A DNA stretch of 60,930 bases, the filler included. It is 5 parts of 5 records of this genome, joined end to end, with 100 filler letters (N's around TTAATTAATTAA, not from the genome) between each part and the next. Parts side by side here need not be neighbours in the genome. Positions count along the whole stretch, not along the records: positions 47,824 to 55,093 come from SRR31156797_7648; positions 55,194 to 60,930 come from SRR31156797_7650; 3 more parts are not named here. One strand, 5' to 3'. The notes below the pieces were generated by a model that saw only the letters and a program-made list of their open reading frames with translations, searched no databases and was not told where the DNA came from. The position numbers and the translations under genes are program-made. Each line of letters opens with the position of its first letter. The stretch's first letter is position 1. Below are positions 50,019 to 60,304 of this stretch, piece by piece.

Positions 50019-51056
50019 TTAACGGATTACTTTTAATGCCACGTGTTTAATTGCAGTGCGGTTGTGTGTATAGCTTATGTGAACAGTACCATCTTCTGTT
50101 TGAATAATACATGGGTAACTAAATTCTCCTTCAGGTTGGTTTTCCAGATGAAAGATATTGTTCCAGTTTATACCATTCTCCGAATAATACAGATCCAGTT
50201 TATTTCTTCCGGCTTCCCACGATTCCCCACTCTTAATGGGATTGTTGATTAAAAGTATTTCTCCTGTTTTTAGTGTAATGGCATCAATTCCCGAGTTCGG
50301 GTGTAATACATCGGTAGCTTTTGCTTCAGTCCAGCTTTCTCCTTCATCGTAAGACCAACTTTGCATGATTACATTTTGATTGCTTCGTAAAAGTGCCTGA
50401 ACACCTGTATCGGGGTAAATCAATAAAGTCGGTTGTATTATTTTAACTGAATCGTGTGATGGGATATCAATTTTATTCCATGTTTGACCACCATCAATTG
50501 ATCGTTCAATGTGCGATTTCCAAATCTCGTGCGACGGTTCTGTACTTGAAGGGCTAAGTATTACCCCGGATTTTAGTTGAACCGGTTTGTTTCGAATGGG
50601 GCCCAGAATTCCTGCAGGCAGTTTCTCCGGTTCCGACCAGGTTATTCCCTCGTCGAAAGAGTGCATCACCATTCCCCACCAACTGTTTGGGCTTGGCCCA
50701 ACTTTATAATAAAGATCGATTCTTCCACCTGGATTCCGGAACAATACCGGATTCCATGTAGGGTAAGATAAGGTGTCGTTTTTAAAACCATCAGCAACTT
50801 TTACCGGTTTGCCCCAGGCTTCGTTTTTAAAACGGGTGGTGTAAATGCTTACGTTTGGATGACGCTCATATGCTCCTCCAAAGTAGGCCATTAGTAAACC
50901 ATCTTTAACTTCAAGCAAGGTAGAAGCATGGCATTGGGCATACTGAGTTGTGTCAGATACAGATTGAGAACTAATTAGCTCTATTTGCAGCGTGTTGTTG
51001 TTTTGAGCACATCCCAATATTAACAAATAAGTTGCAGCAATTATAAATCGTAACAT
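50019..51056 (-). CDS. BNR-repeat sialidase-like lipoprotein
   Basis: ILGC lipobox; CHASTL; Asp-boxes SFDEGITW, SIDGGQTW, SYDEGESW; EFSYP. Confidence 0.88.
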   Translation of the reverse strand: MLRFIIAATYLLILGCAQNNNTLQIELISSQSVSDTTQYAQCHASTLLEVKDGLLMAYFGGAYERHPNVSIYTTRFKNEAWGKPVKVADGFKNDTLSYPTWNPVLFRNPGGRIDLYYKVGPSPNSWWGMVMHSFDEGITWSEPEKLPAGILGPIRNKPVQLKSGVILSPSSTEPSHEIWKSHIERSIDGGQTWNKIDIPSHDSVKIIQPTLLIYPDTGVQALLRSNQNVIMQSWSYDEGESWTEAKATDVLHPNSGIDAITLKTGEILLINNPIKSGESWEAGRNKLDLYYSENGINWNNIFHLENQPEGEFSYPCIIQTEDGTVHISYTHNRTAIKHVALKVIR

Positions 51057-51082
51057 TCTATATTGTAATTCCGGTTCAACTA

Positions 51083-52762
51083 TTATCCCTTTGGAACTTT
51101 CTCTTCCGGGAAACGTTTAGCATATTCTTTCCAGAACAGTTTTACCTCACTTTTCATTTCTTTCGATAAAGCCAGAATACCAAATAAGTTTGGAATAGTC
51201 ATTAAAGCAATGGTAATACCCGAGAGTGTCCAAACAATAGTTGTATCGGCAAACGATGCAAAAAAGAAGGCAACCACATAAACCAGGCGAAACCAAACGA
51301 CTCCTTTTACTCCAAATAGGAAGGTAACCGCCCTGTCGCCATAATACGACCAGCTTATGGCAGTTGAGAAAGCAAACATCAATAAACCAATGGATACGAT
51401 ATATTTTCCATAATCACCAAACCAGCTGCGGGTGAATGCAATTGTGGTTAATGGTGCACTATGCATCAACGATTTTCCGGTAAAAGTAACATTGTGTTCG
51501 TTTACTAACTTTCCTTCGTTAAATGTTAGTTCACCGTTGTAAGCTTGTTTGTCCATAAAAACCTTAACTTCTTCGGCAACCGAACGTGCATGTATAACAG
51601 TTGGTTGATTTTGTATTACTCCATCAATTACGGTTAGCTTACCCGATAATTGTTCTAATTCTTTTTTCCCGGCCAGGTAGTTGTAAAGGGTTTCTTTATC
51701 AGTTTGTGTTTTATCCGTATAAGAATCTGCCAGAACAATCAGGTCAGCTTCCTGAAATTGATTTTCCAGTTTTTCGGTCCAAACTCCCGAAGAAAGTAAT
51801 ACCAAACCGGTAAGCGTACAAATGATTATGGTGTCAATAAAAGGTTCCAGCAAGGCAACTAAACCTTCAGAAACTGGTTCGTGGGCACGTGCTGCAGCAT
51901 GTGCAATTGGAGCTGAACCCTGTCCGGCTTCATTTGAAAATAATCCACGATTAACACCCCGGTTAAAGGCAAAGGCAATACTTCCTCCTAAAAATCCACC
52001 AACTGCAGCCGATCCGGTAAATACTTGCCCAATAATAGCTGTAATTGAAGGAATGATGTTTTCGTAATTATAGAAAATAACGGCAAGTGCACCTATAAAA
52101 TAAATACCAGCCATTAAAGGAACCAAGGTTGAGGTAACCTTTGCAATTCGCTTAATACCTCCAATTATTACCAAGCCCAATAAGGCTGCAAGAACTGCAC
52201 CTGTTAACATGTGATTTATTCCGAATGTTTCGAATAATGAATTGGAGATGCTGTTTATTTGCGGCAAACTTCCTGTTCCAAACGATGAAAGTACAGTTGC
52301 AACAGCAAAAATTACGGCCAACCACTTTAAGTTTAGGCGGTTTTTCATGTAATACATGGGGCCCCCCGAAACTGAACCGTCGCTGGCAATTTCGCGATAT
52401 TTATGAGAGAGTGTAACCTCTACAAATTTGGTGGTCATACCTACAGCAGCTGTAATCAGCATCCAGAAAAGTGCCGCTGGTCCACCAAGGTGAATGGCCA
52501 AGGCAACCCCGGCAATATTACCTGTTCCAACTGTACCCGAAAGGGCTGTTGTTAAAGCTTGAAAGTGAGAGGTATCTCCCTGGTCTCCTTCTTTGTCAAA
52601 CTTTCCGCGTACGATACGAAGCGAGTGTTTCAGGTAACGGAATTGTGGAAACTTTAGGTAAATGGTAAAAAAGATACCGGTTCCTAATAATAAAAATACG
52701 AACCATTGAGAGCCTCCAATATAGCCATCAATTAAAGAGAGGATGTCGTTGAGTTTGTTCAT
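51083..52762 (-). CDS. Alanine/glycine:cation symporter (AGCS family)
   Basis: [53 protein letters not shown]. Confidence 0.95.
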   Translation of the reverse strand: MNKLNDILSLIDGYIGGSQWFVFLLLGTGIFFTIYLKFPQFRYLKHSLRIVRGKFDKEGDQGDTSHFQALTTALSGTVGTGNIAGVALAIHLGGPAALFWMLITAAVGMTTKFVEVTLSHKYREIASDGSVSGGPMYYMKNRLNLKWLAVIFAVATVLSSFGTGSLPQINSISNSLFETFGINHMLTGAVLAALLGLVIIGGIKRIAKVTSTLVPLMAGIYFIGALAVIFYNYENIIPSITAIIGQVFTGSAAVGGFLGGSIAFAFNRGVNRGLFSNEAGQGSAPIAHAAARAHEPVSEGLVALLEPFIDTIIICTLTGLVLLSSGVWTEKLENQFQEADLIVLADSYTDKTQTDKETLYNYLAGKKELEQLSGKLTVIDGVIQNQPTVIHARSVAEEVKVFMDKQAYNGELTFNEGKLVNEHNVTFTGKSLMHSAPLTTIAFTRSWFGDYGKYIVSIGLLMFAFSTAISWSYYGDRAVTFLFGVKGVVWFRLVYVVAFFFASFADTTIVWTLSGITIALMTIPNLFGILALSKEMKSEVKLFWKEYAKRFPEEKVPKG

Positions 52763-53006
52763 TACTTGCAGTTTTTTTGAAATCGGGCTAAAAATAACAA
52801 ACATGTTCAATTTGTTAAAAAATGAGCTGTTTTATTTTTAAAATGTTATAAAAACGTGAGTTAAATCATCTTTTATCAGTCAATTTGCCAAGATTGTGAA
52901 TTGCACACCGCTTGGTTCATTACTTTTTTGTTTTCTTTTTGTTAAGCACATAAATCTGAATTGATTTTCTCGTAAATTCGTATTAGAAACTTTAAAACAA
53001 TTAATC

Positions 53007-53255
53007 ATGTTGCCAAAATTTCTATTAGCCGACAATTCACAGGAAACACCTGAAACAATTTTTGTTGTTCACACAGAAACTCCCCGTTTTATTGTTGAAG
53101 CTGATATTGACAATTTCTGGAATAACCAGGAAGTACATTGGATTGATGGAGAGCCAACCGAAGATGTAGCAGAACAGCTTATTGAGGCTGCTGAAGATTT
53201 TCTTGAAAAGGAGTTTGAAAATGAAGAGCTTCTTGCGGAAGAGGATGACGATTAG
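53007..53255 (+). CDS. Small acidic hypothetical protein
   Basis: 82 aa, LPKFLLADN..FVVHTETPRF, acidic tail. Confidence 0.7.
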   Translation: MLPKFLLADNSQETPETIFVVHTETPRFIVEADIDNFWNNQEVHWIDGEPTEDVAEQLIEAAEDFLEKEFENEELLAEEDDD

Positions 53256-53269
53256 CAGGCAATTACAGG

Positions 53270-53319
53270 TTACATGTTTCAGTGGCTGGTTTTATAAGCT
53301 TGTGAACTGAAACATGTAA
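53270..53319. terminator. Inverted repeat between convergent genes
   Basis: TTACATGTTTCAGT...ACTGAAACATGTAA. Confidence 0.55.
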
Positions 53320-53320
53320 A

Positions 53321-54034
53321 CTATGGTTTAAGCAGTGCAAGTTCTTCAAACGACAGATCCATCAGAGGAAAATCTTCCCAACCATTATAATCAAAATGCC
53401 ACCATTCCGATTCGTAATGGGTAAATCCAAAATGTGCCATAATTTGAAATAAGAAAGTTCGGTTTTTCAGAACATCTTCAGGTAAATCAGCATATTTCGA
53501 ATGTGCTTTCTCTGAAAATTCATCAAATTCGGTGGGCATTTTTAGTTCTTTACCTGTTTTTAAATTAATTAAGGTTAAATCAATTGCACAGCCCCGGTTA
53601 TGCCGCGAACCATATTGAGGATCGGCAACAAATTCGGTATTGGGATATACCTCGTAAAAACGTAGAGTTGCAGCATATGGACGGTAAGCATCAAAAATTT
53701 TTAATCCCAAATCATAAAACGCCAATGAATCCTGAACTAACTTTAAAGCTTCGGCAACTGGTTTTCGGGCATAAGCTTTGGGGGCTTTGTAAATAATTTC
53801 GTTTGTAAAATTATTTTTGGTGGCATATCGGATATCCAGTTCTACTCCTTTAATAAGCTGTTCAAGGTTAAGTAGGGCCATTTCCGGATTTTTACTGACC
53901 TGGTTGTTGAAATCGGAAACACTTACCACCAGCGGCAGGTTATATGGATTTCGTTTATTACTTTTTTTGTTATGGCTGCAGGATGTTAGCAACAATAGTC
54001 CCGATGCGATAAGGAAAAATAGTTGTTTGTACAT
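53321..54034 (-). CDS. D-alanyl-D-alanine dipeptidase (M15D, VanX/DdpX-like) lipoprotein
   Basis: LLTSC lipobox; DIRYAT.NNF, DAYRP, SRHNRGCAIDL, EWWHF. Confidence 0.93.
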   Translation of the reverse strand: MYKQLFFLIASGLLLLTSCSHNKKSNKRNPYNLPLVVSVSDFNNQVSKNPEMALLNLEQLIKGVELDIRYATKNNFTNEIIYKAPKAYARKPVAEALKLVQDSLAFYDLGLKIFDAYRPYAATLRFYEVYPNTEFVADPQYGSRHNRGCAIDLTLINLKTGKELKMPTEFDEFSEKAHSKYADLPEDVLKNRTFLFQIMAHFGFTHYESEWWHFDYNGWEDFPLMDLSFEELALLKP

Positions 54035-54043
54035 ATTTCTGGA

Positions 54044-55093
54044 TTAATCTTGTGAAACACCTTTTAACGATAATTGAATACGCTTTCGTGAAATGTCAAC
54101 ATCTTTTATCCGAACTTTAATGTGCTCGTGAAGCTTTACAATTTCGTTTGGATCGGAGATAAAGCGATCGGCCATTTCCGAAACATGGATCAGCCCCGAT
54201 TCCTTTATGCCCACATCAACAAAAGCACCAAATTTTGTAATGTTGTTTACAATTCCTGGTATTACCATGTCTACCTGAAGGTCGTTTATTGAGAAAATTC
54301 CATCGGCAAATTCGAAAACTTTAATAGGTTTGCGCGGATCGCGACCAGGTTTTACTAATTCGTTTTTAATATCAGTTAATGTTGGCAGACCCACTTCGGC
54401 TGTTACATATTTTTGAAGGTCAATTTTTGAAACCAGTTCGTCATTGCGAATTAAGTCGCTAAGCTCACATTTTAAGTCCCTGGCGATTTGTTTTACTATT
54501 TTATAAGATTCCGGATGAACACCCGAGTTATCCAAAGGATTATCGGCATCCGGAATGCGTAAAAAGCCAGCAGCTTGTTCAAAAGCTTTTGGCCCCATCC
54601 TGGGGACTTTTTTTAAAGTATCGCGCGATTCAAATAATCCGTTTTCTTTTCGGTAGTTGGTAATATTTTCTGCTAGTTGAGATCCCAGTCCAGATATATA
54701 GGTGAGCAGGTGTTTGCTGGCCGTATTCAGATTTACTCCCACCGAGTTTACACTTAGTTCAACCACCGAATCCAGGCTGCTTTTCAGGCTTTTCTGATCT
54801 ACATCGTGTTGGTACTGACCAACACCAATACTTTTCGGATCAATTTTTACCAACTCGGCAAGTGGATCCATTAAACGTCGTCCAATAGAAACAGCTCCAC
54901 GTACGGTAACATCATATTGCGGAAATTCCTGCCGGGCAACCGATGAGGCAGAATAAACCGAGGCTCCATCTTCGCTAACTACATAAACTCTTATCTCACG
55001 GCTGTAACGTAGCTTTTTAATAAAAGCTTCTGTTTCGCGGCTGGCTGTACCATTCCCAATAGCAATGGCATCAATCTGGTACATTTCAACCAT
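54044..55093 (-). CDS. tex: Tex-family RNA-binding protein (5'-truncated)
   Basis: IGNGTASRET, GASVYSAS, DPLAELVKIDPKSIGVGQYQHDV, C-terminal S1 domain. Confidence 0.95.
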   Translation of the reverse strand: MVEMYQIDAIAIGNGTASRETEAFIKKLRYSREIRVYVVSEDGASVYSASSVARQEFPQYDVTVRGAVSIGRRLMDPLAELVKIDPKSIGVGQYQHDVDQKSLKSSLDSVVELSVNSVGVNLNTASKHLLTYISGLGSQLAENITNYRKENGLFESRDTLKKVPRMGPKAFEQAAGFLRIPDADNPLDNSGVHPESYKIVKQIARDLKCELSDLIRNDELVSKIDLQKYVTAEVGLPTLTDIKNELVKPGRDPRKPIKVFEFADGIFSINDLQVDMVIPGIVNNITKFGAFVDVGIKESGLIHVSEMADRFISDPNEIVKLHEHIKVRIKDVDISRKRIQLSLKGVSQD

Positions 55094-55193
55094 NNNNNNN
55101 NNNNNNNNNNNNNNNNNNNNNNNNNNNNNNNNNNNNNTTAATTAATTAANNNNNNNNNNNNNNNNNNNNNNNNNNNNNNNNNNNNNNNNNNNN
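55094..55193. other. Artificial contig spacer
   Basis: N-run with TTAATTAATTAA. Confidence 0.99.
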
Positions 55194-55469
55194 TTACGAT
55201 GGGATGACACCACGCTGGGGGCCGTGGGCATCAGCGGCGGCAGCGTCGATCAGGATGTGGAGGTGGCTAAACCGGTTTTGGAGGCTTGGGATCGCATGGT
55301 GGCCGTGGCCCGTGCGTTGGCTCCTGCCCTTCCCCGGGAGATTTTGGATCCTGTCCAGGCCCCGATGGAGGTCTTGGAAGCACTAAAGGCCGCAATATCC
55401 CAAAACTCGGAAGTTTATCCAAGGGATTGGGAAATGATTCTGACAGGTTCCTTTTGGCTTATACGATGA
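55194..55469 (+). CDS. GlcG/HbpS (PduO C-domain-like) heme-binding protein, 5'-truncated, with C-terminal extension
   Basis: Open from the contig start: LRWDDTTLGAVGISGGSVDQDVEVA. Confidence 0.75.
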   Translation, partial: LRWDDTTLGAVGISGGSVDQDVEVAKPVLEAWDRMVAVARALAPALPREILDPVQAPMEVLEALKAAISQNSEVYPRDWEMILTGSFWLIR

Positions 55470-55548
55470 AGTTTGGGTCCACCTGTATGGACTCAATTAA
55501 GGGAAATAATACGTATTTACCCAAACATATTTCAAAGGAGTAGACCCA

Positions 55549-56946
55549 ATGGCTGTTAATGAAGAACTGCTTTCCGGTGTGGTACAAAAGGTCATCGCTG
55601 AACTAATGAAGGGGAAGGCCCCTTTGGCGAAGGATTTTGACGGTATTCACGCCTCCATTGACGAGGCGGTGGAGGGCGCCATTGTCGCCCAGCGGGAACT
55701 GATCGCCCTGCCCTTGACCAAACGTGATGAGATCATTGCAGCCATGCGCCGGACCGTACTCGACAATAATGAGCGCATGTCCAAGATGGCCATAGAGGAG
55801 ACCCAGTTCGGGCGCTACGATGACAAAATAAGGGAAAATATTCTATGCGCCACCAAAACCCTGGGCACCGAGGACATTCAGCCCGTGGCCAAAACCGGCG
55901 ATAACGGCCTGATGCTGCTTGAATATGCGCCAGTGGGCGTGATTGGTGCGCTGACGCCGGTGACAAACCCCACCGGTACCCTGATCCACAACGGAATCAG
56001 CATGATTGCCGCAGGGAACGCAGCCATTTTCAACCCCCACCCGACGGCTACCCAAACCAGCACGACAATGATTAAATTGCTCCACAAAGCCATTGTCGAC
56101 AGCGGCGGTCCGGCCGGCCTGATCAGCGCCGTGGCCAAGCCGACTTTGGGTACGGCCCGGGAGATCATCGATCACCCCAAAGTCAATATGCTGGTGGCAA
56201 CGGGCGGGAAACCCGTAGTCAAAGCAGTACTTTCCTCCGGCAAAAAAGCCATCGGCGCCGGAGCCGGCAATCCCCCGGCCCTGGTGGATGAAACGGCCCA
56301 TATTAGAAATGCCGCCGAATGTATCATCAGCGGTGGCAGCATGAACAACAATATCTTCTGCACCTGTGAAAAAGAAGTGGTTGTGGTGGACGAGGTGGCC
56401 GACTCGTTGATCAAATTCATGCAGGAATCGGGACGGGCTTATCTCCTCAGTTCGGAAGAGGCCGACCGGGTGACCGCCCTGGTAGTCACCGAAAAAGGCA
56501 AAATCAACCCCAAATTTATCGGCAAAAACGTTCAGCTTATTTTAAACGAAGTGGGCATTACCGTGGATGAAGCTTGCCGCTTGGCCATATTCGATGCCGC
56601 TGCCGACCATCCTCTGGTCTGGCTGGAGCAGATGATGCCGGTGATGCCGATCGTGCGGGTACCCAATATCAAGGAAGGAATCGAATTTGCTGTAAAAGTC
56701 GAGCAAGGCAACCGCCACACGGCCATCATGCACTCGACCAATGTAGACAATCTGACCGCATTTGCAAGGGCCGTGCAAACCACCATTTTCGTAAAAAACG
56801 GACCCGCCTATGCCGGAATTGGTCTGGGCGGTGAAGGGCATACCGCTTTCACCATTGCCGGCCCTACAGGCGAGGGGATGACTTCGGCCCGAACCTTTAC
56901 CCGGCAGCGGCGCTGTACCCTAGTGGAAGGCTTCCGGATTATTTAG
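55549..56946 (+). CDS. CoA-acylating aldehyde dehydrogenase (EutE/PduP family) with encapsulation peptide
   Basis: N-terminal NEELLSGVVQKVIAELM; PVTNPT, ATGG, GAGAGNPP, FCTCEK, TIAGPTGEG. Confidence 0.93.
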   Translation: MAVNEELLSGVVQKVIAELMKGKAPLAKDFDGIHASIDEAVEGAIVAQRELIALPLTKRDEIIAAMRRTVLDNNERMSKMAIEETQFGRYDDKIRENILCATKTLGTEDIQPVAKTGDNGLMLLEYAPVGVIGALTPVTNPTGTLIHNGISMIAAGNAAIFNPHPTATQTSTTMIKLLHKAIVDSGGPAGLISAVAKPTLGTAREIIDHPKVNMLVATGGKPVVKAVLSSGKKAIGAGAGNPPALVDETAHIRNAAECIISGGSMNNNIFCTCEKEVVVVDEVADSLIKFMQESGRAYLLSSEEADRVTALVVTEKGKINPKFIGKNVQLILNEVGITVDEACRLAIFDAAADHPLVWLEQMMPVMPIVRVPNIKEGIEFAVKVEQGNRHTAIMHSTNVDNLTAFARAVQTTIFVKNGPAYAGIGLGGEGHTAFTIAGPTGEGMTSARTFTRQRRCTLVEGFRII

Positions 56947-56960
56947 GAAAGGAGAAGATC

Positions 56961-57362
56961 ATGAACATCACTCTCGATGATGCATTGAAAATCATGGCTG
57001 CGGCACGGCAGAAGGCCCAGGAGATCGACGTGCCCATGGTGATTGCCGTCGTCGACGCGGGCGGTAACCTGGTGGCCCAGCAACGTATGGATGACGCGCT
57101 GCTCGTTTCGGTGGGTATCGCTTTGAACAAAGCGTATACGGCCGTGGCGCTGAAAATGGATACCGACAGCCTGGCTAAACTCAGCCAGCCGGAGCAGATG
57201 CTCTTTGGTATCCATAACGCCGATGGTGGACGGATCGTCATTTTCGGCGGCGGGATTCCTTTGAAAGACGGTGATCAGGTCATCGGCGGTATCGGTGTCA
57301 GCGGCGGCAGCGTGGAAGAGGATGTCGCCTGTGCCCAGGCCGGGTTGGATAGTCTCAAATAG
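56961..57362 (+). CDS. GlcG/HbpS (PduO C-domain-like) heme-binding protein
   Basis: IAVVDAGGNL..RMDDA..ALNKAYTA..FGGGIPL..IGGIGVSGGSVEED. Confidence 0.9.
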   Translation: MNITLDDALKIMAAARQKAQEIDVPMVIAVVDAGGNLVAQQRMDDALLVSVGIALNKAYTAVALKMDTDSLAKLSQPEQMLFGIHNADGGRIVIFGGGIPLKDGDQVIGGIGVSGGSVEEDVACAQAGLDSLK

Positions 57363-57373
57363 AAACCAATGCC

Positions 57374-57682
57374 ATGCAAATTGAACTGATCAAAGCCCCC
57401 CAGCAGGAATTGTTTGAAATGCTGCTGAGCAGTATCCGTCCTCTGGAGCGCAAACCTTTGGAGAAAACACAATGGGGGGCGGTAGGCCTGATCCAGGCGA
57501 AGCTGATCGATCTGTACTGGGCGGCAGATGCGGCCACCAAGGCCAGCAATGTCCATACGGCATTGGTGATGGGCAGCTGTCCCCAGCATATTCAAATGCT
57601 GGCCGTTTTCGGGAAACAGATGGCTGTTGAGACCGCGCTCGATAAAGTCCGCGAAGGCCGGGTAAAACGTTACGGGAAGTAG
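57374..57682 (+). CDS. GrpU-like BMC shell protein
   Basis: GAVGLIQ..AADAATKASNV..GSCPQH; GXCPQ is the GrpU Fe-S motif. Confidence 0.82.
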   Translation: MQIELIKAPQQELFEMLLSSIRPLERKPLEKTQWGAVGLIQAKLIDLYWAADAATKASNVHTALVMGSCPQHIQMLAVFGKQMAVETALDKVREGRVKRYGK

Positions 57683-57696
57683 GGAACGGAGATGGG

Positions 57697-59049
57697 ATGA
57701 TCACTGTTGATCAAATCAAGGAATGGGGAATTGTGGGAGCCGGCGGGGCTGGCTTCCCCAGCTATGTCAAACTGGGCAGTCAGGCAAGAATTTTTATTGT
57801 CAATGCGGCCGAATGTGAACCCCTGCTCCACAAAGATAAAGAAATTCTGCTGCACCACACGGATACCTTTCTGGCTGGATTGCAGGAATGCATGAACAGC
57901 ACCGGGGCCGAGCGTTGCATCATCGGCCTGAAAGCCAAACATACCGATCTGGTCGATACGTTGCGCAATGATTGCACTGGCAAAATTCAGCCCGAAGCCG
58001 AAATTTTTCCGTTGCGGGATTTTTACCCTGCCGGTGATGAAATTACCCTGATCTACGAAACCACCGGCCGGGTGGTGGGGGCGGGCGAACTGCCCATTTC
58101 CCAGGAAATTGTCGTCCAGAATGTCGAGACAATCTACAATGTAGGCCGGGCGCGTCCGGTGGTGACCACATTTTTGACGGTGGGCGGTGATGTAGCAAAA
58201 CCGATGAGCCTTGAAGTGCCCATCGGCGTTTCCTTTAAAGAAGTCATTTCTCTGGCCAAACCGAAGTCGGAAGGTTATGCCGTCATCGTGGGCGGTCCCA
58301 TGATGGGATGCCTGGCCGACGATTTGAATTTTCCGGTAACAAAGACCACCGGCGGCCTGCTTGTCTTTCCTAAAGACCATCCATTAATCCAGCGTTACAA
58401 TATCATGGGGGAAGAAAAACGGGTCTCCTTCATAGGCAAAGCTGCCTGCGACCAATGCGCCATGTGCACCGAACTATGCCCACGCAACCTTTTGGGCCAT
58501 CCGGTTGAACCCCACCTGGCCATGCGCCACTTGCTTTTTTCCAAAGGGTCATTTGCCCCTGATGCGGCCAATGCCCACACGCTCTACTGCTGTGAATGCA
58601 ACCTTTGCACCCTGATGGCATGCCCCGAAGGCCTTTATCCTTCCCAGGCCTGCATGTACAACAAACGGGAACTGATCCAGGCCAAAATGACCTATGATGG
58701 ACCGATTCGCAACACCCCGCATCCCTTGATCAGCTATCGCCGTACTCCGACCAAAAAGGTAATGGCCCGCTTGGACTTAAACCGCTTTGTCAATAAAGGT
58801 CCCCTGGTCCCTTTTGATTATCAGCCCGAAAAACTGACCATCGCGCTGCGCCAACATATCGGTGCACCGGCTGCCCCGCTGGTCGAAGCCGGAGATACCG
58901 TTGCCGAAGCGCAGAAAATCGCTACCGTGGGGAAAAACCTTGGTGCAGAAATTCATGCCCCATCCGCCGGCCTGGTAACCGAAGTCACTGCGGAATATAT
59001 CATGATGGCCGCCCAAAAAGAAGAAATCGCCAAACCGAATGAAGGATAA
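57697..59049 (+). CDS. pduS: PduS-like (RnfC/SLBB) Fe-S flavoprotein
   Basis: GIVGAGGAGFP, NAAECEPLL, YPAGDE, GGPMMG, CDQCAMCTELCP, CCECNLC...CP, QHIGAPA. Confidence 0.9.
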   Translation: MITVDQIKEWGIVGAGGAGFPSYVKLGSQARIFIVNAAECEPLLHKDKEILLHHTDTFLAGLQECMNSTGAERCIIGLKAKHTDLVDTLRNDCTGKIQPEAEIFPLRDFYPAGDEITLIYETTGRVVGAGELPISQEIVVQNVETIYNVGRARPVVTTFLTVGGDVAKPMSLEVPIGVSFKEVISLAKPKSEGYAVIVGGPMMGCLADDLNFPVTKTTGGLLVFPKDHPLIQRYNIMGEEKRVSFIGKAACDQCAMCTELCPRNLLGHPVEPHLAMRHLLFSKGSFAPDAANAHTLYCCECNLCTLMACPEGLYPSQACMYNKRELIQAKMTYDGPIRNTPHPLISYRRTPTKKVMARLDLNRFVNKGPLVPFDYQPEKLTIALRQHIGAPAAPLVEAGDTVAEAQKIATVGKNLGAEIHAPSAGLVTEVTAEYIMMAAQKEEIAKPNEG

Positions 59050-59054
59050 CGAAT

Positions 59055-59609
59055 ATGCCCTCCGCCATCGGAATCATTGAGCTTTCCAGCATCGCCACCG
59101 GTTTTCAGGTCCAGGACGCCATGCTGAAATCTTCCCAGGTCGATCTGGCCATTGCCCGCACCATTTGCCCGGGCAAATATCTCATCGTTGTGGGCGGCAA
59201 GGTCGCCTCTGTCAAATCCGCCATGGATGCGGGTAAAGCCGTTGCCGAAGGTTTCATCGTCGACGACCTCCTGATTCCAAATGTGGATGAACGGGTGTTT
59301 CCAGCGATGACCGGCTGCGTGACCCTGCCTGACAACTATCACCGTGCTCTGGGTGTGATCGAAACCTTTTCCGGGGCCAGTATCGTCGAGGCGGCTGATG
59401 CTGCCGTCAAATCAGCCCATGTCGCACTTTTTCGGGTTCATGTGGCCATGGCCATCGGCGGCAAAGGATTTTTATTGGTCTGTGGGGATGTAGCTGCCGT
59501 CAAAACGGCAGTCGATGCGGGGTGCCAACGTATTAAAAATGAGGGTACACTGGTCAATCGGGTCGTGATCACCGGTGTAACCAAGGAACTGTTTCAGGAG
59601 TACATTTAA
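59055..59609 (+). CDS. pduT: PduT-like tandem BMC shell protein
   Basis: [38 protein letters not shown]. Confidence 0.92.
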   Translation: MPSAIGIIELSSIATGFQVQDAMLKSSQVDLAIARTICPGKYLIVVGGKVASVKSAMDAGKAVAEGFIVDDLLIPNVDERVFPAMTGCVTLPDNYHRALGVIETFSGASIVEAADAAVKSAHVALFRVHVAMAIGGKGFLLVCGDVAAVKTAVDAGCQRIKNEGTLVNRVVITGVTKELFQEYI

Positions 59610-59887
59610 AAATATACGGGGAGGACGGGTTTCGCGCAAGAACGGGACTTCCCATAACGACCTATTTCAGCGGTCCCAAAATCAAATGGATTCTTGACAT
59701 CTTCTTCGTCGATCAGTGCTCCTATTTCTGTATTGCGACTCGATACAGCTCTGGTGTATTCGGTAAACCGCTCTTGTATCTTACCTTCGAAACTATTCAT
59801 TTTGTGTAATATTTGGCAGTTATATTCTGATATCCCTTCTGTTCGTGGATCGTAATATATCGATCACGGAAGCCCCCAAAGAGGGCA

Positions 59888-60304
59888 ATGCCCCAGATAA
59901 GACCCTCAACAACGATTTTTTATCAACATCCGAGAACGTTCATATCTTCTTTCCGTGATGCCGGCTTTAATTTAACGGCTGAGCAGTGGATCATTTTTGT
60001 GCATTTAGGCCAACAGGACGGTATATCCCAATAGGAGCTTGCAGACCGGTACGACAGAAGCAAGGTTGCCGCCCTGAATCTAATCAAAAAGCTATAAAAA
60101 TGCGGATCAATTGTCAGGCGGCCCGACCCGTTGGATGGGCGGTGCAATCGGGTTTACCTGACCTTTGCGGGGCGTAAGTTGCTACATCAGCTCATTCCTC
60201 TGGCTAAAACCAACATTGCCACTATGAGGAAAGGGGTTTCGGACGAGGAAATCAAACTCCTGAAAGCCATCGTCAGAAAGATCACCGGTAACCTTAAGCG
60301 CTAA
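59888..60304 (+). pseudogene. MarR-family regulator pseudogene
   Basis: One frame: ..LTAEQWIIFVHLGQQDGISQ*ELADR..LIKKL*KCGSIVRRPDPLDGRCNRVYLTFAG..; stops TAG 60032 and TAA 60095. Confidence 0.88.

Noticed and set aside
53321-54034. Vancomycin-resistance vanX
   Set aside because: No van ligase, dehydrogenase or regulators nearby; a lipoprotein M15D peptidase in a housekeeping context.
60032-60097. Pyrrolysine readthrough or an alternative genetic code in the MarR frame
   Set aside because: A TAA also interrupts the frame, and neighbouring genes end normally at TAG and TAA.
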